Positions 28,427 to 36,540 of a stretch of DNA of 64,000 nucleotides are shown piece by piece. The stretch covers positions 74,392-138,391 of the forward strand of contig CAYZWU010000010.1 in assembly GCA_964482235.1 (NCBI GenBank), read 5' to 3'. The notes below the pieces were generated by a model. It saw nothing but the letters and a program-made list of their open reading frames with translations. It made no database searches and was not told the origin of the DNA. This DNA comes from an uncultured Phycisphaerales bacterium. GTDB lineage: Bacteria; Planctomycetota; B15-G4; CAYZWU01. Within the stretch, counting starts at the first letter, position 1; each line of letters starts with the position of its first letter. Made by a program: the position numbers and the translations under genes.

Positions 28427-28912
28427 CTAGTAGGAGAACTGATCGCTGAAGTCGACCTTCAGGGCGTCGATGGTGATGTAGTCGTCGTCCCAGTCGATGC
28501 GCACGGTGATTACCTTGTATTCTGTCGATCCCAGCGGAGGTGGGTTGAGGGGGGTCAGATCCGATTGTGTTGCGCTTGTGACGGTGACCGACCTGCTGTA
28601 GGAGCCATAGGCTGTCAGGCTGGTTCCGCGGGCGTCCTTCGGCGGGGAGGAGGACCAGCCGTTGTAATCATCCACGTCGTCGAAATCGGCACGCGCCGTC
28701 TCGTCGTCCGTACCGTCAAGATCGGCAAAATCCTTGGCCAGGATCTCCTCCATCAGATCGACGGCAAGCTGAACGGCGATCTCCATCCGCTCCGACTGGT
28801 TAGCGCCGTCGAACCAGCCTGTGAGGCAGAGCATCATGGGCGGTATCGCGATGGCGCTGACCACGACAAACGTGATCAGCCCGATGAGTGTGAAGCCGCG
28901 GCACCCGTCCAT
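28427..28912 (-). CDS. prepilin-type pseudopilin
   Basis: Prepilin cleavage/methylation motif GFTLIGLITFVVVS. Confidence 0.75.
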   Translation of the reverse strand: MDGCRGFTLIGLITFVVVSAIAIPPMMLCLTGWFDGANQSERMEIAVQLAVDLMEEILAKDFADLDGTDDETARADFDDVDDYNGWSSSPPKDARGTSLTAYGSYSRSVTVTSATQSDLTPLNPPPLGSTEYKVITVRIDWDDDYITIDALKVDFSDQFSY

Positions 28913-28914
28913 TC

Positions 28915-29679
28915 TCAGTCGACCCCCACGACGGTGTATTGATAGTTGTAGCTGTTCTTGTAGAAGAAAAGCTTGAGCGGAACGGAACTCATGTCCCGGT
29001 CGCTGCCGCCATAGCGACCTGACTCGAAATCCTCGAATACGATCTGGATCGTTTCCCCGGGCGCCACCGTCCGGCTGAACCAGATGTTTTTGATCTCTCC
29101 CGATCCGGCTCTTCGTCCAAATGACCAGGTCTTGTCCCAGACCGTTGTCAAATCATCATCGCCCTCCTCGGTCATGCGGACCTTGCCGTAATAGGCCGTC
29201 GGTCCCGACCACTCGATCTCGAAGCGGTTGAATTCGATCGTGTACCCGGTCTGGTTCTGGACGTAGAACTCCACATCCTCCGGCGAGGAGCTCTCATCGC
29301 GCGATCCGGGACAGTACTCGATCGACCGGAATCCCCGCGTACGGCGCTCCGTGTCGCCGAAGGAGCCGTCCACCACGAAGCGCCACTGGGTCTGATCCAC
29401 GAAGGTGATCGTTCCGCCTCCGAAGGAGACCTCTCCCGGCAGGATGGTCCGGTTCCTCAGCGCCCACTGGAGCCCGGCCTGGGCGATGTAGTAGGACTTT
29501 GCGGAATGGAGCCGGCTCAATCCGCTCGAGTGCGACACCGACAGGACCGAGCAGAGAGAGGTCCCCACGATGCCGAGAAAGAGGAGAAGCACGAGGGCGA
29601 TCACCATGCTGAATCCGGCCTGGCTCTCCCTGTTCCGCACCTTGCTGCTCCCGGCTGCGATCATAGTTCCGTCCAGCAT
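28915..29679 (-). CDS. GspK/PilX-like pseudopilin
   Basis: N-terminus QAGFSMVIALVLLLFL. Confidence 0.6.
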   Translation of the reverse strand: MLDGTMIAAGSSKVRNRESQAGFSMVIALVLLLFLGIVGTSLCSVLSVSHSSGLSRLHSAKSYYIAQAGLQWALRNRTILPGEVSFGGGTITFVDQTQWRFVVDGSFGDTERRTRGFRSIEYCPGSRDESSSPEDVEFYVQNQTGYTIEFNRFEIEWSGPTAYYGKVRMTEEGDDDLTTVWDKTWSFGRRAGSGEIKNIWFSRTVAPGETIQIVFEDFESGRYGGSDRDMSSVPLKLFFYKNSYNYQYTVVGVD

Positions 29680-30182
29680 GTGTTCGCTGCCTCGAAACCC
29701 GGCGGCGCCATCGTGGCGCGGAACGGGACCGACTCGCCGTTCTTGCTCAGGGTGAAGGCAACCTCGATCAGATGGAGATTGTTGCCGCTCGTTGCCGCTG
29801 ATCCGTCTTTTTGATAGTAGCCCAAGGCGAAGGACAGGACCGACTCGACGAGGACGACGCTGTCGCGATAGAGCGTCCCGTTCGCGTGGGAATAGGTGTA
29901 GGTGTTCTCGTCCCTGTCCCGGAACGAGAACTCGTCGGTCGTGAGCGTCACGGCATCGACCCCTGTGGCGGTGGCCACGATCCGGATCTCCCTCGTCATC
30001 ATCTCCAGGGCGATCCGGCCGTCGCGGAGAAGCTCCTGGCGCGTGGTCACCCCCTTGTAGGCTTCGCCCATGGTCTGGATGCTCTGGGCGAAGAAGGAGC
30101 CGAGAATACCCACGATCACCATCACGGAGATGAGCTCGATCAGGGTGAATCCGGTGCTTCCCTTTCTTCGCATTCCTGTCAT
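29661..30182 (-). CDS. prepilin-type pseudopilin
   Basis: Motif GFTLIELISVMVIVGIL. Confidence 0.75.
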   Translation of the reverse strand: MTGMRRKGSTGFTLIELISVMVIVGILGSFFAQSIQTMGEAYKGVTTRQELLRDGRIALEMMTREIRIVATATGVDAVTLTTDEFSFRDRDENTYTYSHANGTLYRDSVVLVESVLSFALGYYQKDGSAATSGNNLHLIEVAFTLSKNGESVPFRATMAPPGFEAANTCWTEL

Positions 30183-30192
30183 TTGATCTTCT

Positions 30193-30753
30193 TCAAGAGA
30201 GGTCCACGTCCGAAAGCACGATCAATCCGGTTTGCAGCACTTCGATCTTCTTGCCCTTCGAGCCGTAGGCGATGGTGACGCTGCCGGTGGATACGAGATC
30301 GCCCCCCTTCTCGAACTGGATATAGTTATTGCCGCCGAAGTCGGCCGCTTCGATGGTCACTCCCGCGTAGACCCCGGCGTCCAGCTCCACGATGAAATCC
30401 GATTGCAGGAAGGGATCCTTGGCCGGTATCGTACCGGAGTTCTTGTCGTAGAGCGTGTAGGTGTCGGACGCCGTGTTGAAGGTGATCGTGTAGGTGCCGC
30501 GGTGGTCCATGGCGAGCTGCTGGGCGTAGCGGATGTCGGTGGCCACCTTTCTGGCCGCCACCTCAAGGCGGTACTCGGCGTCGCCCGAGAACGAGGCGAA
30601 GGCCGTCACGCTCACCGTGGCCACGATGACCACGACAGCAACGAGCTCGATGATGGTGAAGCCGTCAGGGGCGCGTTTCGACCTTGGCGCCGAGCGGTCC
30701 CCGGGGTAGTCCTTGCGCTTCATCGTGTCGGTCCTTCTTCCCGGCATTTCCAC
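30193..30753 (-). CDS. GspH/FimT-like pseudopilin
   Basis: Motif GFTIIELVAVVVIV. The start may instead be MKRKD at 30723. Confidence 0.7.
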   Translation of the reverse strand: MEMPGRRTDTMKRKDYPGDRSAPRSKRAPDGFTIIELVAVVVIVATVSVTAFASFSGDAEYRLEVAARKVATDIRYAQQLAMDHRGTYTITFNTASDTYTLYDKNSGTIPAKDPFLQSDFIVELDAGVYAGVTIEAADFGGNNYIQFEKGGDLVSTGSVTIAYGSKGKKIEVLQTGLIVLSDVDLS

Positions 30754-30873
30754 CTCTCCTCGACATCGTCGATCCGCACGGTCCGGAGGATCTCCCCGGC
30801 CATGTCTAATCTATATATTTCGGTATTTTATGGGCGGGACTTGATCGAGTGCGCTCGAGGGAGGCCGAGCGGA

Positions 30874-31506
30874 TCAGGCATCCCGAGCTGCCTCTCCCCT
30901 GTCGATCGTCTCCTGGATCTTCTTGATGGCTCGATTGTAGAGCGTGCGCGCCGCCCCGGGCGTTTTTCCAATCTTCTCGGCGATCTCGTGGAACTCCAGG
31001 TTCCCTTTCAAGCGATATACCAGGACCTTACGCTGGTTTTCCGGCAGGCTGCCCACGAGATGGAGCAGGCGGCTCCTGTTCTCGACGGCCACGGCGTCCT
31101 GGCTGGGGGTGGGGCCGGGCGAGGCCGGCGGCGGGACGGCGTCGGATCCGGTCCGCTCCTGCGGCAAGTGCTGCTCGCGGTCCGGATCGCGCTTTCCGGC
31201 TGCGAAGAACCGGCCCTTGTCCTGGATCTTGCGCGTGATGCGGGCGAGGAGCCAGTAGAAGAACGAATCGTGCCCCTGGCGCTCGAAGTCTGCTATGTCG
31301 CCAAGGCAGTCCTTCCAGACCGACTGGATCACGTCAGCCGTCTCCATCTTGGCGTGGAGCTTCGGGCCGAGCTTCTTCTGCACGGCGCCGCGGAGCCTCT
31401 TCTCGTAGAGCTGATAGAGGGCGCTGATCGCGCTCTTGTCGCCCTTCCGGGCCTGGTTCACGAGCTCCATGGTCTTGTCGTTCAGGTCTTCCTTGCTGTC
31501 GGTCAT
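30874..31506 (-). CDS. ECF sigma factor
   Basis: Regions 2 and 4 are present; LEFHEIAEKIGKTPGAARTLYNRA is the region-4 HTH. The start at MTDSKE is uncertain. Confidence 0.8.
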   Translation of the reverse strand: MTDSKEDLNDKTMELVNQARKGDKSAISALYQLYEKRLRGAVQKKLGPKLHAKMETADVIQSVWKDCLGDIADFERQGHDSFFYWLLARITRKIQDKGRFFAAGKRDPDREQHLPQERTGSDAVPPPASPGPTPSQDAVAVENRSRLLHLVGSLPENQRKVLVYRLKGNLEFHEIAEKIGKTPGAARTLYNRAIKKIQETIDRGEAARDA

Positions 31507-31914
31507 GGTCTGTGCACCCCTTACTAACTTCCTGGCTTCATTGTACCGTGCCCGCTCCTTTTGCATAGCCTGCGCCGGGATGCCGCTCGGCACTCTTCCC
31601 GATCCCAGTGATCCCCCTCCCGACGGGTAAGCGCGATATCGCGGCGGTCCGTACGGTAATTTTGATAAATATCGGATCAACGGGTGATGCGGGGGAAGGC
31701 CGCGCAAATAAATCGAATTTTACCGTACGTCCGCCAGGCGAACCGCGCTTCCCCTCTGTTCGCCGGCTGCTGATCAGCGGCCTTGAAAAAACGAGAGGGT
31801 CGGATCGGCGGCGGGACGAGCGGATTTGGCCGCTCGGGATAAATTGTCACAGCCCCGGCGGCGGAGTTTCAGAGAGAGGCTCTTTTCGAGCCGGAGAATC
31901 AAGGAGGTAGTCAC

Positions 31915-32673
31915 ATGTTCAGTCAGAAGATTAGCGCACTCTTTCTAGCCTTTGTCATGTCCATCACTTTCTGTTCCTGTGTTCAGTTTGATCGAACGTG
32001 TGCTGAGATCAATGGGCACAAGTACGCCAATCTCAAGACCGGTCAAAAATGGACCGACAGGATTCCCCGTTTCAAGCCGGTCAAGAGCGAGGACAAGACT
32101 GCGTGGATCAGCTTTCGCAACATGACCCAGCAGAACTTCGATCTCGAGACAAAGCTGCGTCGGGCTGTGGAGGCGCGGGGTTACATGCTCATCGACAATC
32201 CTGATGAAGCGAATTTCCACATCTACTACACCATGCGGTTCTTCGGAGAGAACGATAACATTGACGGTGGCCAGAGCATGGCGTCGAAGTACCGCATCGA
32301 GCGGGGGCGTGGTGGAAGCTGGCACCCGGTTCAGGCTCCGCAGGGGGGGACGGTTGACAAAACCGTCGAGTACGACCTTGTCCTGGATGTGGACATCGCC
32401 CAGTGGAAGGAGGGTATTGTCCGCCGGAAACTTCAGGACCTGAGCAAGGACAAGCAGACAGAGAAGATGGTCGACATAACGCCGGTCAGCGAGGTCAGCA
32501 GTTCCTTCGAGAACAAGCGCCAGGAGGGACAGAGTTACGGCGAGGAGGATCACTACTTCTGGTACGTGAACACCCTGATCCTCTGGGCCAAGCAGATCCG
32601 CCTCTCGAGCGATGAAGCCCAGCCGGCCATCGAGGAAGCCCTGGTGCGCTCGCTTCCGCAGTTCCTTCCCTGA
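31915..32673 (+). CDS. hypothetical lipoprotein
   Basis: ITFCSC lipobox. A terminator follows the gene. Confidence 0.6.
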   Translation: MFSQKISALFLAFVMSITFCSCVQFDRTCAEINGHKYANLKTGQKWTDRIPRFKPVKSEDKTAWISFRNMTQQNFDLETKLRRAVEARGYMLIDNPDEANFHIYYTMRFFGENDNIDGGQSMASKYRIERGRGGSWHPVQAPQGGTVDKTVEYDLVLDVDIAQWKEGIVRRKLQDLSKDKQTEKMVDITPVSEVSSSFENKRQEGQSYGEEDHYFWYVNTLILWAKQIRLSSDEAQPAIEEALVRSLPQFLP

Positions 32674-32688
32674 TCCAAAGGACTTCAA

Positions 32689-32723
32689 GCCGCTCTCCGC
32701 GCCAGGGAGAGCGGCTTTTTTTT
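32689..32723 (+). terminator. rho-independent terminator
   Basis: GCCGCTCTCC, loop, GGAGAGCGGC, then TTTTTTTT. Confidence 0.8.
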
Positions 32724-32741
32724 AGGCAGGAGAGAAGAACG

Positions 32742-35700
32742 ATGAACGCGAAACGATACACGAAGATTCCGAAGGTCGCGTCTCTGGCTCTCAATTTCAT
32801 CCTGATCGCAGGTTCGGCAGGCCTTCTCGGCCAGGGGCTGGACTATCCCGTCGACGCCGAGGGGAGTACCTTCATCGAACGTTTCGGCAAGGCCTCCTCG
32901 GAAAAAGTGAAAGACGGCCTGGGGAAGTACCCGGGGGGATTCAACATGAACCGGGAGCTCGGCGGCCCTATCCCCCTCGGCCCTCACCCGGTCACGGTGA
33001 TCAAGGTCGATGCGGCCTTTGACCTCAACCACACGCTTATCGACGAGTACGCCGGTGTGATCCGCGGTGCCTATCACTGGAACTTCAACGGCACGGAAAA
33101 GCAGGGAGGGCTTCCGGACTGGGGTGATCCATCAGAGTTCCTTGAGAGAGGAGACAACCTGGACGAGTATATCATGATGAATATTCGTGACATGACCGGG
33201 ATATTCAGCGGCTCCGGACCATCGAGCACATTTGATCACGCTCTCTGGCCGCTGCGTCCCGAAAATATCAATTCGGATCACGGAACAGCTACCCTCGCAC
33301 CGTTCCTGAATTCGGACAACAAAATGGGAATCGAAGGCTTCATCCGTCGCAGCTTGACGAACGACCGCCCGTACCTGATTCTGTTTCCCTTGGAGAAAGA
33401 GGCGATCACGGAAGATCCACACCCGACTGATCCGTGGTGGGGTTATCGAGACCATGGTTTACCAAAAAACAATCCATTCTGGCCGATCTTCATGAAGTTC
33501 TATCTCGAACTCTCCGAGGATGAGAGGACACGTGAAACGTGGATTCCCGATGTTCCGCACCTCACTGTCATGACCATCTCCAACGGCCCTCCCGCAGGCC
33601 CTGACAATAGGCCGGGAGTGGAAAACCTCCAGGAGGCCGCGAACTTGCTCCGGGAGAAGAATATCCTGATAGTCAGCGCGATGCCCACTGGTGTGTCCGG
33701 CTATGATGTCAAAGCCGACATTCCTTGGGAGAAAGATGTGCTGGTTGATCATTACGACCTCTGGGATGTCTCCTTCGATGTGATCTGGGAGCACGGGACT
33801 TCAGTATTCCCCGCAGCTCTGGGGGGAGTCATCGCAGCCTACGCAGGGTACTGGGATTTCGAAGCGGGTCCATGGAATTATATGCTGAAGGGAACGATGG
33901 GTGATCCCTGGAATCCAGATAATCGTGCCAAGATGACTGATCTCAATGTGAACATCGGTCGGCGAACCAACATCGCTTCCCCGGACAGGCTTTGGGATAA
34001 ACACGAAGGGACGCTCCACGTTGCGGGACATCCGGGCAAAGGGGAACAGTGCAATGGATCGTGCGACATAGGCCTTGTCAAAACCGCACCCGGTACATCC
34101 TACACCTCGCCGCTCATAGCGGCCGGCCTGGCTCTCATCGGATCGTACCTGCCCCCCGACTTCGTGAAAGGGGAAGGGGAGGGACCGGGAACCATGGCAG
34201 ACGCTGCGCACGACCTTCTGGACAGGTTCGGCACCCTCAGGCGACTGGCTCGAGTGCAGGAGGCTCCAATATTCTCGTGGGAGTTCGATATGTACGAGCA
34301 CCTCCTCGAGCATCAGTCGCTCCTCGATTTTCACGGAGAGATACTCGGCGTCGGTCACGGGAGGATTTACGAAATCCTGCCAGAAGTGGGTGCATTCCTG
34401 CGCTGGGGAGAAAAGAGCCGGCAGGTCAACGCGATCAATGAGAAGGCGAGGGCAGATTCAAGGCTGTTCCAGGTCGGGTTCGAGATGCAGATGGTGGATG
34501 CAGCCTGTCTCGACCAGTCCCATCTCTTCGATTCTTCGAATCCCGGCGAGTTCGTCCACCGCGACCTCCAGACGAAGTACCAGCTCGAAGGTGACGTGAA
34601 GAGCCGGATGTCCGGCTTGACTCCTTCGCGGACCCATGGCATCGGCTACAGGATGCTGGGAAAGCAGTACCAGTCCCGGGATGTAGTGCGGTCGGGAGAT
34701 TCGATCGAGATCGGGTACTTCCGGCGCCACTACGTGCCGGAGAGAGATGAGGATAAGAAGATATTCGCGCCATTGCGCAGCACGACTCTTCAGATCGAAT
34801 GCCCGGACGGCTGGTTCGGACCGAAGGAACTGCTCGGATTCGATCCGTCGACCATCACCATATCGGATCTTCGCGGCCTCAAGAAACCGGAAGACCTGCT
34901 CGGTTTCGATCCGGCGAAGTTGACGGGAGCGCATTTCTCCAGGTTCTACCAGGCGAAGCTCGGGCAGCTCGTGCCGAGCATGGACTCCCAGCACGTGCAC
35001 TTCAGCCTGCAGCCCGAAACACGCATCGGGATCACGGACAGCGGTGCCGGCCTTTCATGCGGCAGGCATCCATCGGTTCAAACGCTCTGGAATCTTGCTT
35101 ACAGCACGGTCGCCTATTCGAGCCCCACGAGCGTTCATCGCCTCATGGATGTGGAGATCCTGAAAGGGGAGTCCCGTTGCATGTACGAATTCGTGAACAA
35201 GATCGACGACGGTTCGATCGGGGATGGTTCCAGCAATGCACAGGGTACGGAGTTCACGTTGAACGGAACAGGGGATCCTGACATCAATTGGCTGAAAGCT
35301 CTGGCTGCGAGCTCGACCTCGTACCCTGTGGGAATCGTGGACTACGATCCCGATCCCCGCGGCAAAGGCGTCTATGCCGTTCTGTCCGTGGGATCTTTCA
35401 AGGGCTCCCTATATCAGAAGGAGACCGGATTCAATTACATCGACAACAAGGAGATCGAGGATCTCGATTCCGTGGGCAGCATCCAATACAAATCGCAGAT
35501 CGTCTTCATCGATTCGGACGGACTTTTGAGCACCGTTCCAGGGCTCGATGCAAAAGTTTCCAACCGAACCAACTGGATGGAGAAGCTCGAGAAGAAGAAG
35601 CAAGGCGAAGAGGAGGATCAGCTGGGCAACGGACCAGGAGGTTCGGGTTCCTCGGGCGACGAGATCGAAGGCTGGAAGGATCTCTTCGATGATTCGGATC

Positions 35701-36428
35701 TTTCAGCAGCCAAGGATCCCTTCTTCGACGACAACTTCGTCACCGAGGGCGGGATGTCCGGCGGTTCGGACGGCGGTCAGGACGACGAGGACGAAGACAA
35801 GTACGACGAGGCCATCGTGGGCCACATCGACGAGCAGGGCGATCAATACACTGCCGTCGCCGCATCGCCTTGCGGAAACTTCGTCGCCTATGCCACGATG
35901 AGCTCAGCCATCGAGGCCGACCTTCTCCTGCTGCTGGATGCCGGGCTCCGGTTCGATCCGAAACCGCATCCGATTCTCAGCGAGTTCCTGGAACCGCCTG
36001 ACATCAACGCCTCGCACTGCCGCCCGCTGGGTGCCGACATCGAGGACTGGATGAGCGACTTTACCCAGCTCGAGAAGCCCCCCCTCGGCCCCGCGCCTGG
36101 CGAGGTTCTGCACGCCGGCTACGCGGTGACGGTCGAGATTCTCGATCTCCGCAGCGGTGCGATCCACAAGCTCAAGGACCTGGCTGCCGATGGAGGCGCG
36201 ATCATCGTCGAGGTTTCCGACATCGCCTGGTCGCCCAATTCCGGATACCTGGCCCTTCTGGAGAATGAGGCCTGGATCGCCACCTCCGAGGAGGATCCGG
36301 AAGGCCGAGTGGGGGAGGGGGTAAAGATGAGCCTCTGGTCGACGCGGACGCTCGAGAAGATCGACACCCTGGACGTCATGGTCCACGAAGGCGCGGGGAT
36401 CGAGAAGATCATCTGGAGCCGATGGTGA
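32742..36428 (+). CDS. 1228-aa secreted subtilase-like (S8-like) protein with acidic low-complexity linker and PD40-like C-terminus
   Basis: Signal peptide. The candidate triad residues lie in VIKVDAAFD, NSDHGTATLAP and GTSYTSPLIAAGLAL, in the D-H-S order of S8 peptidases. The C-terminus contains IAWSPNSGYLAL. Confidence 0.75.
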   Translation: MNAKRYTKIPKVASLALNFILIAGSAGLLGQGLDYPVDAEGSTFIERFGKASSEKVKDGLGKYPGGFNMNRELGGPIPLGPHPVTVIKVDAAFDLNHTLIDEYAGVIRGAYHWNFNGTEKQGGLPDWGDPSEFLERGDNLDEYIMMNIRDMTGIFSGSGPSSTFDHALWPLRPENINSDHGTATLAPFLNSDNKMGIEGFIRRSLTNDRPYLILFPLEKEAITEDPHPTDPWWGYRDHGLPKNNPFWPIFMKFYLELSEDERTRETWIPDVPHLTVMTISNGPPAGPDNRPGVENLQEAANLLREKNILIVSAMPTGVSGYDVKADIPWEKDVLVDHYDLWDVSFDVIWEHGTSVFPAALGGVIAAYAGYWDFEAGPWNYMLKGTMGDPWNPDNRAKMTDLNVNIGRRTNIASPDRLWDKHEGTLHVAGHPGKGEQCNGSCDIGLVKTAPGTSYTSPLIAAGLALIGSYLPPDFVKGEGEGPGTMADAAHDLLDRFGTLRRLARVQEAPIFSWEFDMYEHLLEHQSLLDFHGEILGVGHGRIYEILPEVGAFLRWGEKSRQVNAINEKARADSRLFQVGFEMQMVDAACLDQSHLFDSSNPGEFVHRDLQTKYQLEGDVKSRMSGLTPSRTHGIGYRMLGKQYQSRDVVRSGDSIEIGYFRRHYVPERDEDKKIFAPLRSTTLQIECPDGWFGPKELLGFDPSTITISDLRGLKKPEDLLGFDPAKLTGAHFSRFYQAKLGQLVPSMDSQHVHFSLQPETRIGITDSGAGLSCGRHPSVQTLWNLAYSTVAYSSPTSVHRLMDVEILKGESRCMYEFVNKIDDGSIGDGSSNAQGTEFTLNGTGDPDINWLKALAASSTSYPVGIVDYDPDPRGKGVYAVLSVGSFKGSLYQKETGFNYIDNKEIEDLDSVGSIQYKSQIVFIDSDGLLSTVPGLDAKVSNRTNWMEKLEKKKQGEEEDQLGNGPGGSGSSGDEIEGWKDLFDDSDLSAAKDPFFDDNFVTEGGMSGGSDGGQDDEDEDKYDEAIVGHIDEQGDQYTAVAASPCGNFVAYATMSSAIEADLLLLLDAGLRFDPKPHPILSEFLEPPDINASHCRPLGADIEDWMSDFTQLEKPPLGPAPGEVLHAGYAVTVEILDLRSGAIHKLKDLAADGGAIIVEVSDIAWSPNSGYLALLENEAWIATSEEDPEGRVGEGVKMSLWSTRTLEKIDTLDVMVHEGAGIEKIIWSRW

Positions 36429-36540
36429 TGTGCGGCCATCGCCTGCAGCGGTAATCGAAGCGTGACAGATCTTGTCCCCAACCATTATCATCTGTTCCCT
36501 GGAGAACGGTATCGCAGAGCCTACCCTGGGAACGGAATCG

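Noticed and set aside
31608-31910. 100-aa ORF in the divergent intergenic region between the ECF sigma and lipoprotein genes.
   Set aside because: It has Gly/Arg-rich composition, no start context, and overlaps a probable promoter region.
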